Of a stretch of DNA of 64,000 bases, positions 1 to 8,922 are shown piece after piece. Position numbers and translations under genes: made by a program. The stretch lies in IMG/VR virus record IMGVR_UViG_2909435987_000002. One strand, given 5' to 3'. The notes beneath the pieces were generated by a model that did no database searches, was not told the DNA's origin, and was given only the letters and a program-made list of their open reading frames with translations. Origin of the DNA: a virus. Every line of letters begins with the position of its first letter. Position 1 is the first letter of the stretch.

Positions 1-2060
1 ACTATAGGTGGAATAGGAGAACTAGATGAAGAAGATAATTGATATTTTATATCACCTTCTTTAGTTATATATATAACACCAGCTTTAGCTAAGTAGTAAC
101 TATAAGACACAGTAAAATTCTGATTAGTAGCTGGTGTAGTTCCTATAAATCTAATTGAGTCTGTACTTTTATCTAAAGTAAAATCTTTATCTATGACTAA
201 AGGTTGTGTATATAAAAAAGAAACAAAGTAAGTAGTACCTGGATCTGGTTCAATAGAGTTAGCTAAAGATAGAGACCAGTCAATTTCTGATTGGTTAATC
301 AGAATATAATCTCTTCCTTCTATGTAGGTAGTAGAACCTTGTACTACTTTAGTAATTCTAAATATAGAATCGTCACCTAAGAAATCAGATGTTCCTGGTG
401 TACTAGATCTTACTATAGGTTTTAATACTTCTTCTAATTCTGCTACTAGAGAGATAATTTCTGCTACAGGTTTAAACCCTAATTGAAATGAATTAAAAGA
501 GCCGCCACCAGAAAGATTAGAATTAGCTACATCTATTAATAAAGCTAATGAATCTCCTATAACAACATTTGAACTATTTCTTTGTTTAATAGCCGTAGCA
601 ATAGATATTTGATTTGCACTATTAGCAATAGATGTAGATCTAAAAACTAGACCGTTTGTAGCCTCTCTAGTAATCTCTAAATTACTTTTAATGATAGTTA
701 CTAGATCTTGAGTGGTAAGAGTATTGTTGCTAGAAGATAAGGAGAATACTGTATTAGTATCTCCTTTATTAATGTAATTAAATAATGCATCTAATAAAGA
801 TGAAATACTAGTAATAGTAGAACCAGCTAAATTAACTGTTAATGTAACAGCTATAAACTCTTGGTTATATATTAATTTATCTATAACTATAGTTATAAGT
901 GTTCTTTGATTAACTACATCAGTAAAAGTGTAGTTCTCTCCTAAAGAGAATACCCTTTTAGTACTAGCATTTCTACCAGAATAAGTAAATTGAGCGTTCT
1001 GTACTCTAGTTGTATCTAGAGATTTATCAACTACTAAAGTAGTAGGAGTATTCTTTGCTATCCTATATCCTTGAACATAAGCTATGCCTGCTGATATAGA
1101 GAATAAAACTTTATCAACTAAAAGATTCTTATTAGCATTAAGATTATCAAGAGAAGTTTGATATAAAGCTAGCTTAGAACTATATAAAGTTGATAGTCTG
1201 TTATAGAAAGTTTGTTCTCTATTAATCTGATCTTGTATATTTACAATAGCCGCATTATTAGCAGAAGTAGGAGATATCCTAGCATTCTCAATAGCATTAT
1301 TAAGTGAAGCTTTTAGTTGATTAAGTCTAACTAGCGAGGCATTACTATCTGATAAAGCTTGTTGGGCGGCAGAATTAGTATTATCTACTAATCTTTCTAA
1401 AGAATCATATTTCTTTCTATCTTCTATTACTCTAGACTCTCCAGGTAAAGAAGTAATAGAGAAACCATTTACACAAAAGTTACCAGATCTCTCATAAGTA
1501 TATTGTGCAAGTATATTCTCTATCTTAGTAAGAGTATTAGGTAAGTTCTGCGATAAATTTCCATCTGATAAGAGACCTATTGTATATCCATTACTATTAT
1601 TAACAGTAATAACAGGGTTCCACATTAATCTAGAAGCGCCTTCTAGACCATATATAGCTCCACCTTTAATTGGATCTCTTAAGATAGGATCATCGTCTTC
1701 AGTAATTATTAGTTCTTGAATAGCTACATCTATAGAATATTTACCAGTCTTAGGTAAGGTAATAGTATTAGAATCAATATCTATTACATAACCTTCTACA
1801 TATAATTTACCTGGAGATATATTTATCTCTATGTTGGTATCAGTAGAAGATACAATACTAAGTTTTAATCCTTCTAATATAGAACCATTATTGAATAAAG
1901 TGTCTATTCCTTGTTTAATCTGATCACTTAATAGTGATTGTATTTCTATAAGTTCAGCAGTTTGAATAGGTCTTCCAGGTACAGGTAATACTCTTACCCA
2001 ACGCTTATCTCTAGAATATCTATCTGGATATAGAGGATTATTTTTATAGTCAAAAGTCAT
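1..2060 (-). CDS. Virion structural protein, likely tail-fibre or baseplate-associated; only the N-terminal ~686 aa are in the window (start codon at 2058-2060, 3' end beyond the window start)
   Basis: The reverse-complement reading from the ATG at 2060 (MTFDYKNNPLYPDRYSRDKRW...) stays open to position 1 with coiled-coil/fibrous, N/S/T-rich composition. It is not in the ORF track, probably because no stop lies inside the window. It is the last gene seen of the minus-strand structural operon. Confidence 0.45.
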   Translation of the reverse strand, partial: MTFDYKNNPLYPDRYSRDKRWVRVLPVPGRPIQTAELIEIQSLLSDQIKQGIDTLFNNGSILEGLKLSIVSSTDTNIEINISPGKLYVEGYVIDIDSNTITLPKTGKYSIDVAIQELIITEDDDPILRDPIKGGAIYGLEGASRLMWNPVITVNNSNGYTIGLLSDGNLSQNLPNTLTKIENILAQYTYERSGNFCVNGFSITSLPGESRVIEDRKKYDSLERLVDNTNSAAQQALSDSNASLVRLNQLKASLNNAIENARISPTSANNAAIVNIQDQINREQTFYNRLSTLYSSKLALYQTSLDNLNANKNLLVDKVLFSISAGIAYVQGYRIAKNTPTTLVVDKSLDTTRVQNAQFTYSGRNASTKRVFSLGENYTFTDVVNQRTLITIVIDKLIYNQEFIAVTLTVNLAGSTITSISSLLDALFNYINKGDTNTVFSLSSSNNTLTTQDLVTIIKSNLEITREATNGLVFRSTSIANSANQISIATAIKQRNSSNVVIGDSLALLIDVANSNLSGGGSFNSFQLGFKPVAEIISLVAELEEVLKPIVRSSTPGTSDFLGDDSIFRITKVVQGSTTYIEGRDYILINQSEIDWSLSLANSIEPDPGTTYFVSFLYTQPLVIDKDFTLDKSTDSIRFIGTTPATNQNFTVSYSYYLAKAGVIYITKEGDIKYQLSSSSSSPIPPI

Positions 2061-2066
2061 AGTTAT

Positions 2067-2648
2067 TTAGATAGATAGTAATAAATCAAAAGTAGTTGTT
2101 TTATCTGTACTCCTTAATATAGGAGTAATATATCCAATCCAATGTAATATACCTGGATTATCTACTTCAGATGGTAGATAGATAACCTTATTAGTAGTTA
2201 CATTCTCTAATAAAGAAAGCTTGGAATATAATCCTATAATCCTAAAAGAAGGGGAACTATAATCACCACTATTAATAGATACTGAGAAATATATATTAGA
2301 GGGATTTAGTATATCTAAGGTATCTTTAGATAATTTTGTTTGGTCTAATCTAGTCCATAGTTTATTGTTATATGAAACTTCGCCGCAGCTTTCAAATTCA
2401 ATATTTCCACATTGACTTTCTACTATAGGATTGACTATAAAAGCTCTTTTATAAATAATTGGGTCAGTAATATATTTAGTAGAAGCTAATGGTATAGGAG
2501 GATTGGTATCATCAACTTCATCTCCCCATTGATTTGTCCAAGGAGTAGATTTACCTATTGCAAAAAAGAATTCATTAGAGTTTATAAAATCTAAAAGTCT
2601 ATCTACAGAACCAGTAGTAGATAGAGAGTAGTTAATTATAGATGTCAT
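2067..2648 (-). CDS. Hypothetical tail/baseplate-associated protein (193 aa)
   Basis: ORF in the structural operon whose start overlaps the upstream gene by 17 nt. No recognisable motif. Confidence 0.45.
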   Translation of the reverse strand: MTSIINYSLSTTGSVDRLLDFINSNEFFFAIGKSTPWTNQWGDEVDDTNPPIPLASTKYITDPIIYKRAFIVNPIVESQCGNIEFESCGEVSYNNKLWTRLDQTKLSKDTLDILNPSNIYFSVSINSGDYSSPSFRIIGLYSKLSLLENVTTNKVIYLPSEVDNPGILHWIGYITPILRSTDKTTTFDLLLSI

Positions 2649-3741
2649 TTATTATTCTCCTACTTGTAATACCTGCACTTATTAATGAGTTTTGTCTTGG
2701 GCCGTCATAAGCAAGAGCTAATAAACCAGTTATATAAACGTTATTAAATCCTTCTAGCTTAAACTCTCTATCTACACTAGGGTATTGTGGTAGATATTTA
2801 TTAGGCTTAATTTCTTCAATAGGAATTAAATTAATATCTAGAACTCTACCTGTCATTAAAACTAAATAATCTGAAGAATTAGCAATAGATAAATCTTTAT
2901 AATCCTTAGAACATACTTGATTATAAAAGATACTATCTAACTTACTTTTAATATAAGGAGTAATAGAAGGCTGCCAAGCTTTTATCTTCTCTAGATAATT
3001 CATTCTATCTAAAGGAGATATTAGATTTGAGTAATAAGAACCTAACGCAGACTTACTATACCAAGAAGAATAAGAAGGGGCAGGATATTGATTTATTTTA
3101 GGAATACTCTTTAGTAACCAATTAACTTTATTATCTAAAGAAGCTAATAAATAAACTAACTCGGCTGCTCCCTGCCCGCTACCTAATACAGTAATTCTTT
3201 TATCTCTAGGTTGAATACTTAATATATCTTTTAATGTAACTATATTCTCTTGAGGAAAAGCATAAGTTACCCAATGAGGTATATTTACCTTAGAATACTT
3301 ATTACCCGTTGCTATTACAACAGCTTTACCTATTAGCTCAGTGTTATCTAGAAGAGTGATAGATCCATCCTTTATCTCTTTTACTTCCTGTTGAATATAG
3401 TTGATCTTAGATAGAATATGTTCCCATATATAACTTAAGTAAGCGCAGAACTGATACCTAGTAACTTTAATATCATCTGTCTCTATTTCTTTTTGGGTTC
3501 TTAGTAATCTATCAGGATAATCTAGAAATCTTGCTAATGAGAAAGGATATAAGTCTTCTAAATAAGTAACAAGATCAAAAGAAAGAGGTGATCTCATTTC
3601 TATATTAGGAATAATATTAGGTTCCTTCCAAGAAGAAAAAGGGTCAGGATCTATTAGAGTAACAGGTATATCTCTATGAACTGCTTGTAGAGCTAAAGAT
3701 ATACCTCTAGGGCCGCCTCCTATTATTATTAAATCTTGCAT
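2632..3741 (-). CDS. FAD/NAD(P)-binding flavoprotein, class-B monooxygenase-like (lysine/ornithine N-hydroxylase-like)
   Basis: N-terminal IIIGGGPRGISLALQ (GxGxxG with a GP..LSLA K_oxygenase-like signature), a VVIATGNKY ATG motif, and a second dinucleotide motif VLGSGQGAAE. It is embedded among tail genes. Confidence 0.55.
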   Translation of the reverse strand: MQDLIIIGGGPRGISLALQAVHRDIPVTLIDPDPFSSWKEPNIIPNIEMRSPLSFDLVTYLEDLYPFSLARFLDYPDRLLRTQKEIETDDIKVTRYQFCAYLSYIWEHILSKINYIQQEVKEIKDGSITLLDNTELIGKAVVIATGNKYSKVNIPHWVTYAFPQENIVTLKDILSIQPRDKRITVLGSGQGAAELVYLLASLDNKVNWLLKSIPKINQYPAPSYSSWYSKSALGSYYSNLISPLDRMNYLEKIKAWQPSITPYIKSKLDSIFYNQVCSKDYKDLSIANSSDYLVLMTGRVLDINLIPIEEIKPNKYLPQYPSVDREFKLEGFNNVYITGLLALAYDGPRQNSLISAGITSRRIINDIYN

Positions 3742-4578
3742 CTATACTCTCACTGTCTTAATAGTAAATATTAAATCTTCTCCCTGAACTATACTAAGTA
3801 CTTTTAATACTAAATTATCTCCTACATCTAAACTATTATATAAAGAAGTATCTATTTCTAATAGATTATTACTAAGGGTTATACTAGATAAAGAATCTAT
3901 ACCTACATCATTTATAAATAAACCTACAGCCCCGCCCCCATTATTTAACTTAATAGATAATTTAGTAACCTTATATGCATAAGGAGCAGATACTTCTAAA
4001 TAATAACTTTGGACTAGAGGTAATTCTATATGTCCACTAATAGTCTCTACTAGGTTTGCTAAAGGATTTTTATATTCAAGTTGTGCTGTACTTGAGTTAT
4101 ATGTAAGAACTTTACCTTCACCTATATCTGAATAGTTAATTGTTGTTCCACCTAATTTACTTACAGAAGGTGAAGAAGCCGTACCTCCTAAATCTCCAGA
4201 TAATCTTAGAATACCTTTAATAGAAGTAGTAGCATCTACTAGAGTATTAGTTAAGAGATTGGTTACGTATTGAGTTGTAGCTATCTTAGTACTAGAGTCC
4301 GATGTAGAAGGAGTTGGTGCATTAGGTGTTCCTGTAAATGTAGGTGAATTAATATTAGCTTTAGTTAATAAACCTGGAACAGTAGGAGAATTATAAGTAC
4401 CTCCTAGATCTCCAGTAAGTAATATTCCCCCTTTGATAAGACTAGTGGCATTGGGAAATATTGCACCTATAGTAGCTTTTCTATTCTGAGAAGAAGTACT
4501 TACCAAAGGTAAAATAGAATCTTCATTTAATTCATTACCTGTAGCAGTAGTAAATTCTGATATTTTTTTATTAGTCAT
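3742..4578 (-). CDS. Tail fibre-like protein with Gly-rich repeats
   Basis: Repeated GDLGGTxxSP(S/T)V segments and a T/S/N-rich fibrous composition. Confidence 0.5.
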   Translation of the reverse strand: MTNKKISEFTTATGNELNEDSILPLVSTSSQNRKATIGAIFPNATSLIKGGILLTGDLGGTYNSPTVPGLLTKANINSPTFTGTPNAPTPSTSDSSTKIATTQYVTNLLTNTLVDATTSIKGILRLSGDLGGTASSPSVSKLGGTTINYSDIGEGKVLTYNSSTAQLEYKNPLANLVETISGHIELPLVQSYYLEVSAPYAYKVTKLSIKLNNGGGAVGLFINDVGIDSLSSITLSNNLLEIDTSLYNSLDVGDNLVLKVLSIVQGEDLIFTIKTVRV

Positions 4579-4579
4579 T

Positions 4580-7117
4580 TTAAATTTCCTGTTCTAAATA
4601 GTCGCCATCTTCAGTAAGAATTCTATCTCCATCTTCTTGGAGAATAAGTTTATCTTCTACTACATCTGATTCAATAATCCTAATACAACTATTCTTTACA
4701 TTAATACTCAAAGAAGATTTAATAATAATATTCTCGACATATCTAATAACTATTCCTAGAGGTAATATAGAACTTACTATTCTTCTAATAATAGAATCTA
4801 TAGGTTGATATATAGTAATCTCTACTAGAGAAGCTGTTGAGTATTGAGAACCAGAATAGTAACCTTCTCCTAAATAAGTAGAGAAAGTTTTATCATTGAA
4901 ACTATTGAAAGATAATATATCAGACCAAGTTTCTTTTACTTTTACATCAATAGAATATCTAGAAAGATAATTAATTACATTGTTCTTACTAATTCCTTTA
5001 GCCCTAACTTGAATATGGGTATTAACAAAAGTTAGAAAGTTAGAATAAGATTCTTGTCTGACTCTATATAGACCTAATTCCTTAGCTTTTATATCTAAAT
5101 CTCTAATAGAAATAAATGCAGGCGGAGCATATCTATTAGCTCCTATACTAACTCTAGAGACAGATAGAGCTTTAGATACTGAGAACAATAACTTACCTAG
5201 ATTGCCTTCTATAGATAATGCCTCTTTACTAAACCATGAAAAGTCTAAAGGAAGATTACTTAACTTACTGTATATATAATTTCTGTAGAAATTTAAAGAC
5301 TGTATAGATATAAGAGGTAATCTAATAACATCTTCATTACTAAATAGCTGATTAGTTAATAGAAAAGAACAAGAAGTAAAAGTATTAAAATACTTCTCAT
5401 TAGTAAGAAGAGAAGTAAAAGATTCAAAATTATCTTTAAATAGACTACTGAAAGAATAAGAATTGTTATCTAACTTAGATATTAAAGATCCTGTAATAAT
5501 TTGGTTATTAACTAGAGTCTGTAAATTAATTGAATTGCTTAATAGATTAATAAAAGATAAGAGAGAATTATTATTGGATACAGTTGTATAGGATATACCA
5601 GTAGTAGTTTCATATCTTATAGAGCCATCTAAATTATATTGATAGCCGCCAGTATTGTTAAATAATGGAATCTCTTTACTTAAGTTAAAGTCTTTATCTA
5701 ATAATACTTCTAGATTAGAAATAGAAGTTTCTACTAATTCACTTAGGTTAAATACAGTAGAGAATAATAACCCATAAGTAATAGTATCAAGGTGATTAGA
5801 TTGCGGGCTATCTGTAAAAGTTCTATCTCTATAAGAATAGAATTTATTGATAATTGAATTATATATATCAACGCCCTTATCTAGGTAATTATAATCAGAT
5901 GTATATTGAAATATCTTGAATAAAGCAATAACAGAAACAACAGAAGTAGATAAATTATATTCTTCTATAGAAGTAGAATCTGATAGTTTATTAGAATGAG
6001 TCCATCCTTTAGATACTAAATTGTTTGATGGACTTATCTGATTAATTAAATAAGTGATTAAAGAACTTAATAGATTATTAAACTTTTTAGACTGCCAATA
6101 TTCTGTATATAGAATTAAGGAAATAATTAACCAAGCTATAGCTCTTGTAGATACCTCCCTAGAATGTAGTAGTTTACTAGTATCTACTTTGAAACATCCT
6201 TCTTCAAAACAATCTTCTTCAAATACTCTAACTTCTGGGTTAGCAAATAAGTTATCAGATTTATCCCCATATAATAGTTCAGGTTCAGTAAAAGTAGCGG
6301 GCTTATAAGGAATAGAACCATATCTTTTATTACTAGAAGTAGTATCTATTAATCTAGATAGTCTACTAAAGTTAGATTCAACTAGACTAGTTATATAAGA
6401 TTCTATATAGCCAGCTAAGTAATAGATATTGCTATTAGGTTTTACATCAATAAAAGTATTAAATATAAGAGATATAATACCTAAAGCTATATCTTCAATA
6501 TTAGTAACTTGATCTTCATAAGAATACTCTAGAGTACTATTAAAAGTAGTTCTAATTAATGGATCATTGTTTAGATATTTTCCATATAGATAAGCTATTG
6601 TTTCTGCTGAAGATGATGTAACTCTTTTTAATTGAGCTATCTTTAGTCCAGATGGAATCTTACTAATAGTGTTTACTATACCTAAAGACGATATAGGTAA
6701 GTTCTTATCAATGAAATAGAACTCAGAAAAGTCTGGGCATATTACACCGATATCACAGAGCCATACATTTCCTAAACTATCAGTAGTTCCTTCTATCCAA
6801 TATTGAGTAACATTACTAACTGTTCTAGTAATAGAAGATTTAACAGCAGTAGTCCAAATGCCACCTCCTTCAAAACAGTCCCCTAAGAAACAGCCCCCTT
6901 CAAATACTGAATCAGAATTAAGTGAGATTCCATTTACTTTAAGTTGAATAGAGCCACTATAAGAATATGCAGCCCCTTTAATAAAATCTAAACTAATATC
7001 TGTACCATAAATGGAACTACCTGAAGGTTTATTTAATTCTTTTATTCTTTCTAAATGTATATTCATAGTTGCATTAAGACTGAATATTAATAGATAAATT
7101 ATTAATAGCAAATACAC
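4580..7117 (-). CDS. Large baseplate/tail structural protein (845 aa)
   Basis: Long ORF in the baseplate block. It has two internal CF-x3-CF cysteine motifs (VFEGGCFLGDCFEGG and VFEEDCFEEGCF). Confidence 0.45.
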   Translation of the reverse strand: MYLLLIIYLLIFSLNATMNIHLERIKELNKPSGSSIYGTDISLDFIKGAAYSYSGSIQLKVNGISLNSDSVFEGGCFLGDCFEGGGIWTTAVKSSITRTVSNVTQYWIEGTTDSLGNVWLCDIGVICPDFSEFYFIDKNLPISSLGIVNTISKIPSGLKIAQLKRVTSSSAETIAYLYGKYLNNDPLIRTTFNSTLEYSYEDQVTNIEDIALGIISLIFNTFIDVKPNSNIYYLAGYIESYITSLVESNFSRLSRLIDTTSSNKRYGSIPYKPATFTEPELLYGDKSDNLFANPEVRVFEEDCFEEGCFKVDTSKLLHSREVSTRAIAWLIISLILYTEYWQSKKFNNLLSSLITYLINQISPSNNLVSKGWTHSNKLSDSTSIEEYNLSTSVVSVIALFKIFQYTSDYNYLDKGVDIYNSIINKFYSYRDRTFTDSPQSNHLDTITYGLLFSTVFNLSELVETSISNLEVLLDKDFNLSKEIPLFNNTGGYQYNLDGSIRYETTTGISYTTVSNNNSLLSFINLLSNSINLQTLVNNQIITGSLISKLDNNSYSFSSLFKDNFESFTSLLTNEKYFNTFTSCSFLLTNQLFSNEDVIRLPLISIQSLNFYRNYIYSKLSNLPLDFSWFSKEALSIEGNLGKLLFSVSKALSVSRVSIGANRYAPPAFISIRDLDIKAKELGLYRVRQESYSNFLTFVNTHIQVRAKGISKNNVINYLSRYSIDVKVKETWSDILSFNSFNDKTFSTYLGEGYYSGSQYSTASLVEITIYQPIDSIIRRIVSSILPLGIVIRYVENIIIKSSLSINVKNSCIRIIESDVVEDKLILQEDGDRILTEDGDYLEQEI

Positions 7118-8126
7118 CTAAAGTATTTGGACTAATAACATTTGAAGGAGATTGAATACTACAAGCAGATACATTGGGTACTGATAAAGCTAAATTCTTA
7201 ATAGCTAATCTATCAACTGGCTGTCCTAAATCTAGATCATTGAAATACTGTATTATCTTTTCTCTAATAGCATTAACAGTAGAATTAATATTACTTGTAT
7301 TAATTAACTTAACTGTCAAAAGAACATCTAAGTATACTACTTCTAAAGGTCTAACTATAAAAGCCACACCCAAAGCTTTTACTGAATCAATAGCTTCTTC
7401 TATTTCCCTTAACTTACGTTCATTAGAAGTATTCACAAATACAGTAAAGTAACCTGTAACTGGTTGATGTTCTTTTATATAGAATCTATCTATACCAGAA
7501 TTTAGAATAGTTGAATAAACAGCAGTATAGGTACCCTTTTCTAAAGAGTTTAAGTAGAAAAGAATTCTCTGTCTAAAGGTATCATCTGACTCTTCTGGAT
7601 AAGCTCCAGATATACCTATTTGAGGTTTACCTTTAGAATCTCTATATTGACCTATGACAAATTTAATATTTGGGTAGAAAGTAGAATATAAAGAAGTGCC
7701 CGCAGAAAGATTAACAGAGTAATCTCTTTCTATAGAAGTAATAGGTAAAGCTACTTCGGAGTTATTAACAAAGTAATTATCATCTAAAGTAAACTGTACT
7801 AGACCATCAGCAGAGGATAGTATAAGTCCAGCACTTAATTGAGTAATCTCATTAGATGTAACTAATACAAAACCAGAGCCAGGAGTAGCTGGTCTTCTAA
7901 ATAAAGAATAGTCATAAGCTTTAACATCTAGATCATCTCTTTCAGCTAGAGTTATAGAAGTAGATCTACGATACTGATCTATAAGATATTCATGCTCAGA
8001 TATAACTGAAGCAATAGAACGAAAAAGAATATAGATATTACTATACTGACTGAATCTAGATAAAGGAGATCCTAATGAAGATAGGGCCTCTTTCATCCTA
8101 ATTATAATTTGGTTTATAGTTCTCAT
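7074..8126 (-). CDS. Putative baseplate wedge protein (gpJ/gp6-like by size and position)
   Basis: 350-aa ORF directly downstream of a gp25/gpW-like gene. Assigned by synteny only. Confidence 0.3.
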   Translation of the reverse strand: MRTINQIIIRMKEALSSLGSPLSRFSQYSNIYILFRSIASVISEHEYLIDQYRRSTSITLAERDDLDVKAYDYSLFRRPATPGSGFVLVTSNEITQLSAGLILSSADGLVQFTLDDNYFVNNSEVALPITSIERDYSVNLSAGTSLYSTFYPNIKFVIGQYRDSKGKPQIGISGAYPEESDDTFRQRILFYLNSLEKGTYTAVYSTILNSGIDRFYIKEHQPVTGYFTVFVNTSNERKLREIEEAIDSVKALGVAFIVRPLEVVYLDVLLTVKLINTSNINSTVNAIREKIIQYFNDLDLGQPVDRLAIKNLALSVPNVSACSIQSPSNVISPNTLGVFAINNLSINIQS

Positions 8127-8545
8127 ATACTGAAGGAAGTATTAATAGTTTCGGTATTGCCTTTAACAGAAGTATAGGTGATTCTAAAACTAATAGAATC
8201 AATAGTAGATTGATACATTTCTACAAAACTAATAGACACCACATCTTCTATAAAAGATAAAGCTTTCTTAAGATAATTATTAGAATCATTTATCCAAGAA
8301 GGAGTTAAAGGTTCTCCTAATATAGAATAGAGTTGATTACCGTATTCATCATCTAGATAATCAATACCTTCTTCATCTAAACCCCAAAGTGTTATATATC
8401 CATAAGGAGTTTGTAATACCCTTTTAAGTAATAAATCTTCAGTAGGTAGTGGTTGAGATAGTACTAGATCATATAAAGGTTCATCTTCTTCTGTATCTAT
8501 AGAAGATATTTGTAAATCTTGATTAAATATAGTTATATCTATCAT
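8123..8545 (-). CDS. Putative gp25/gpW-like baseplate wedge protein
   Basis: 140 aa. The weak pattern LKRVLQTPYGYITLWGLDEEG resembles the gp25 family; the size and position fit. Confidence 0.35.
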   Translation of the reverse strand: MIDITIFNQDLQISSIDTEEDEPLYDLVLSQPLPTEDLLLKRVLQTPYGYITLWGLDEEGIDYLDDEYGNQLYSILGEPLTPSWINDSNNYLKKALSFIEDVVSISFVEMYQSTIDSISFRITYTSVKGNTETINTSFSI

Positions 8546-8922
8546 TAAGTCAAAACAATAGGCGGATATACAGAGTATGGTAAGCCTATTATTAAGTATG
8601 GTGTAGGAGTCAATATAGCTACCCTGGTTTCACCACTAACTGGTAACATATTTACTTTAAAAAGAGATAGTTCTATTCTATAGAAACCTAATTCTAAATC
8701 ACTTTTGGGTTCATATAAGAATAGAGTTCCTTGTTTAGAGGGCGGGGAACTATTTTTCCATATTAAAGACTCAGTACTATCGCAACTTAACCAATTAAAT
8801 AAAGGATTAGTACTGCTGAAATAAATAGATATAGATAATAATCCAGGTATAGATCCTTCTAGATAAGGACTATAGATAGCTATACCTTTATTGATAATTT
8901 GAGGGGGCTGTATAGGTTTCAT
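8545..8922 (-). CDS. Hypothetical baseplate protein (125 aa)
   Basis: Start/stop-coupled ORF in the baseplate block. Confidence 0.4.
   Translation of the reverse strand: MKPIQPPQIINKGIAIYSPYLEGSIPGLLSISIYFSSTNPLFNWLSCDSTESLIWKNSSPPSKQGTLFLYEPKSDLELGFYRIELSLFKVNMLPVSGETRVAILTPTPYLIIGLPYSVYPPIVLT

Noticed and set aside
6054-6308. Antisense ORFs fully inside larger genes (also 7174-7452, 10351-10533, 10951-11190, 11516-11701, 14893-15108, 15414-15671, 21723-21932, 25610-25993, 26827-27024, 34583-34948, 35097-35333, 35667-35849, 39449-39652, 39571-39792, 40096-40281, 46232-46453, 54921-55163)
   Set aside because: They are embedded opposite long, clearly coding ORFs and are low-complexity. These are typical AT-rich shadow ORFs.
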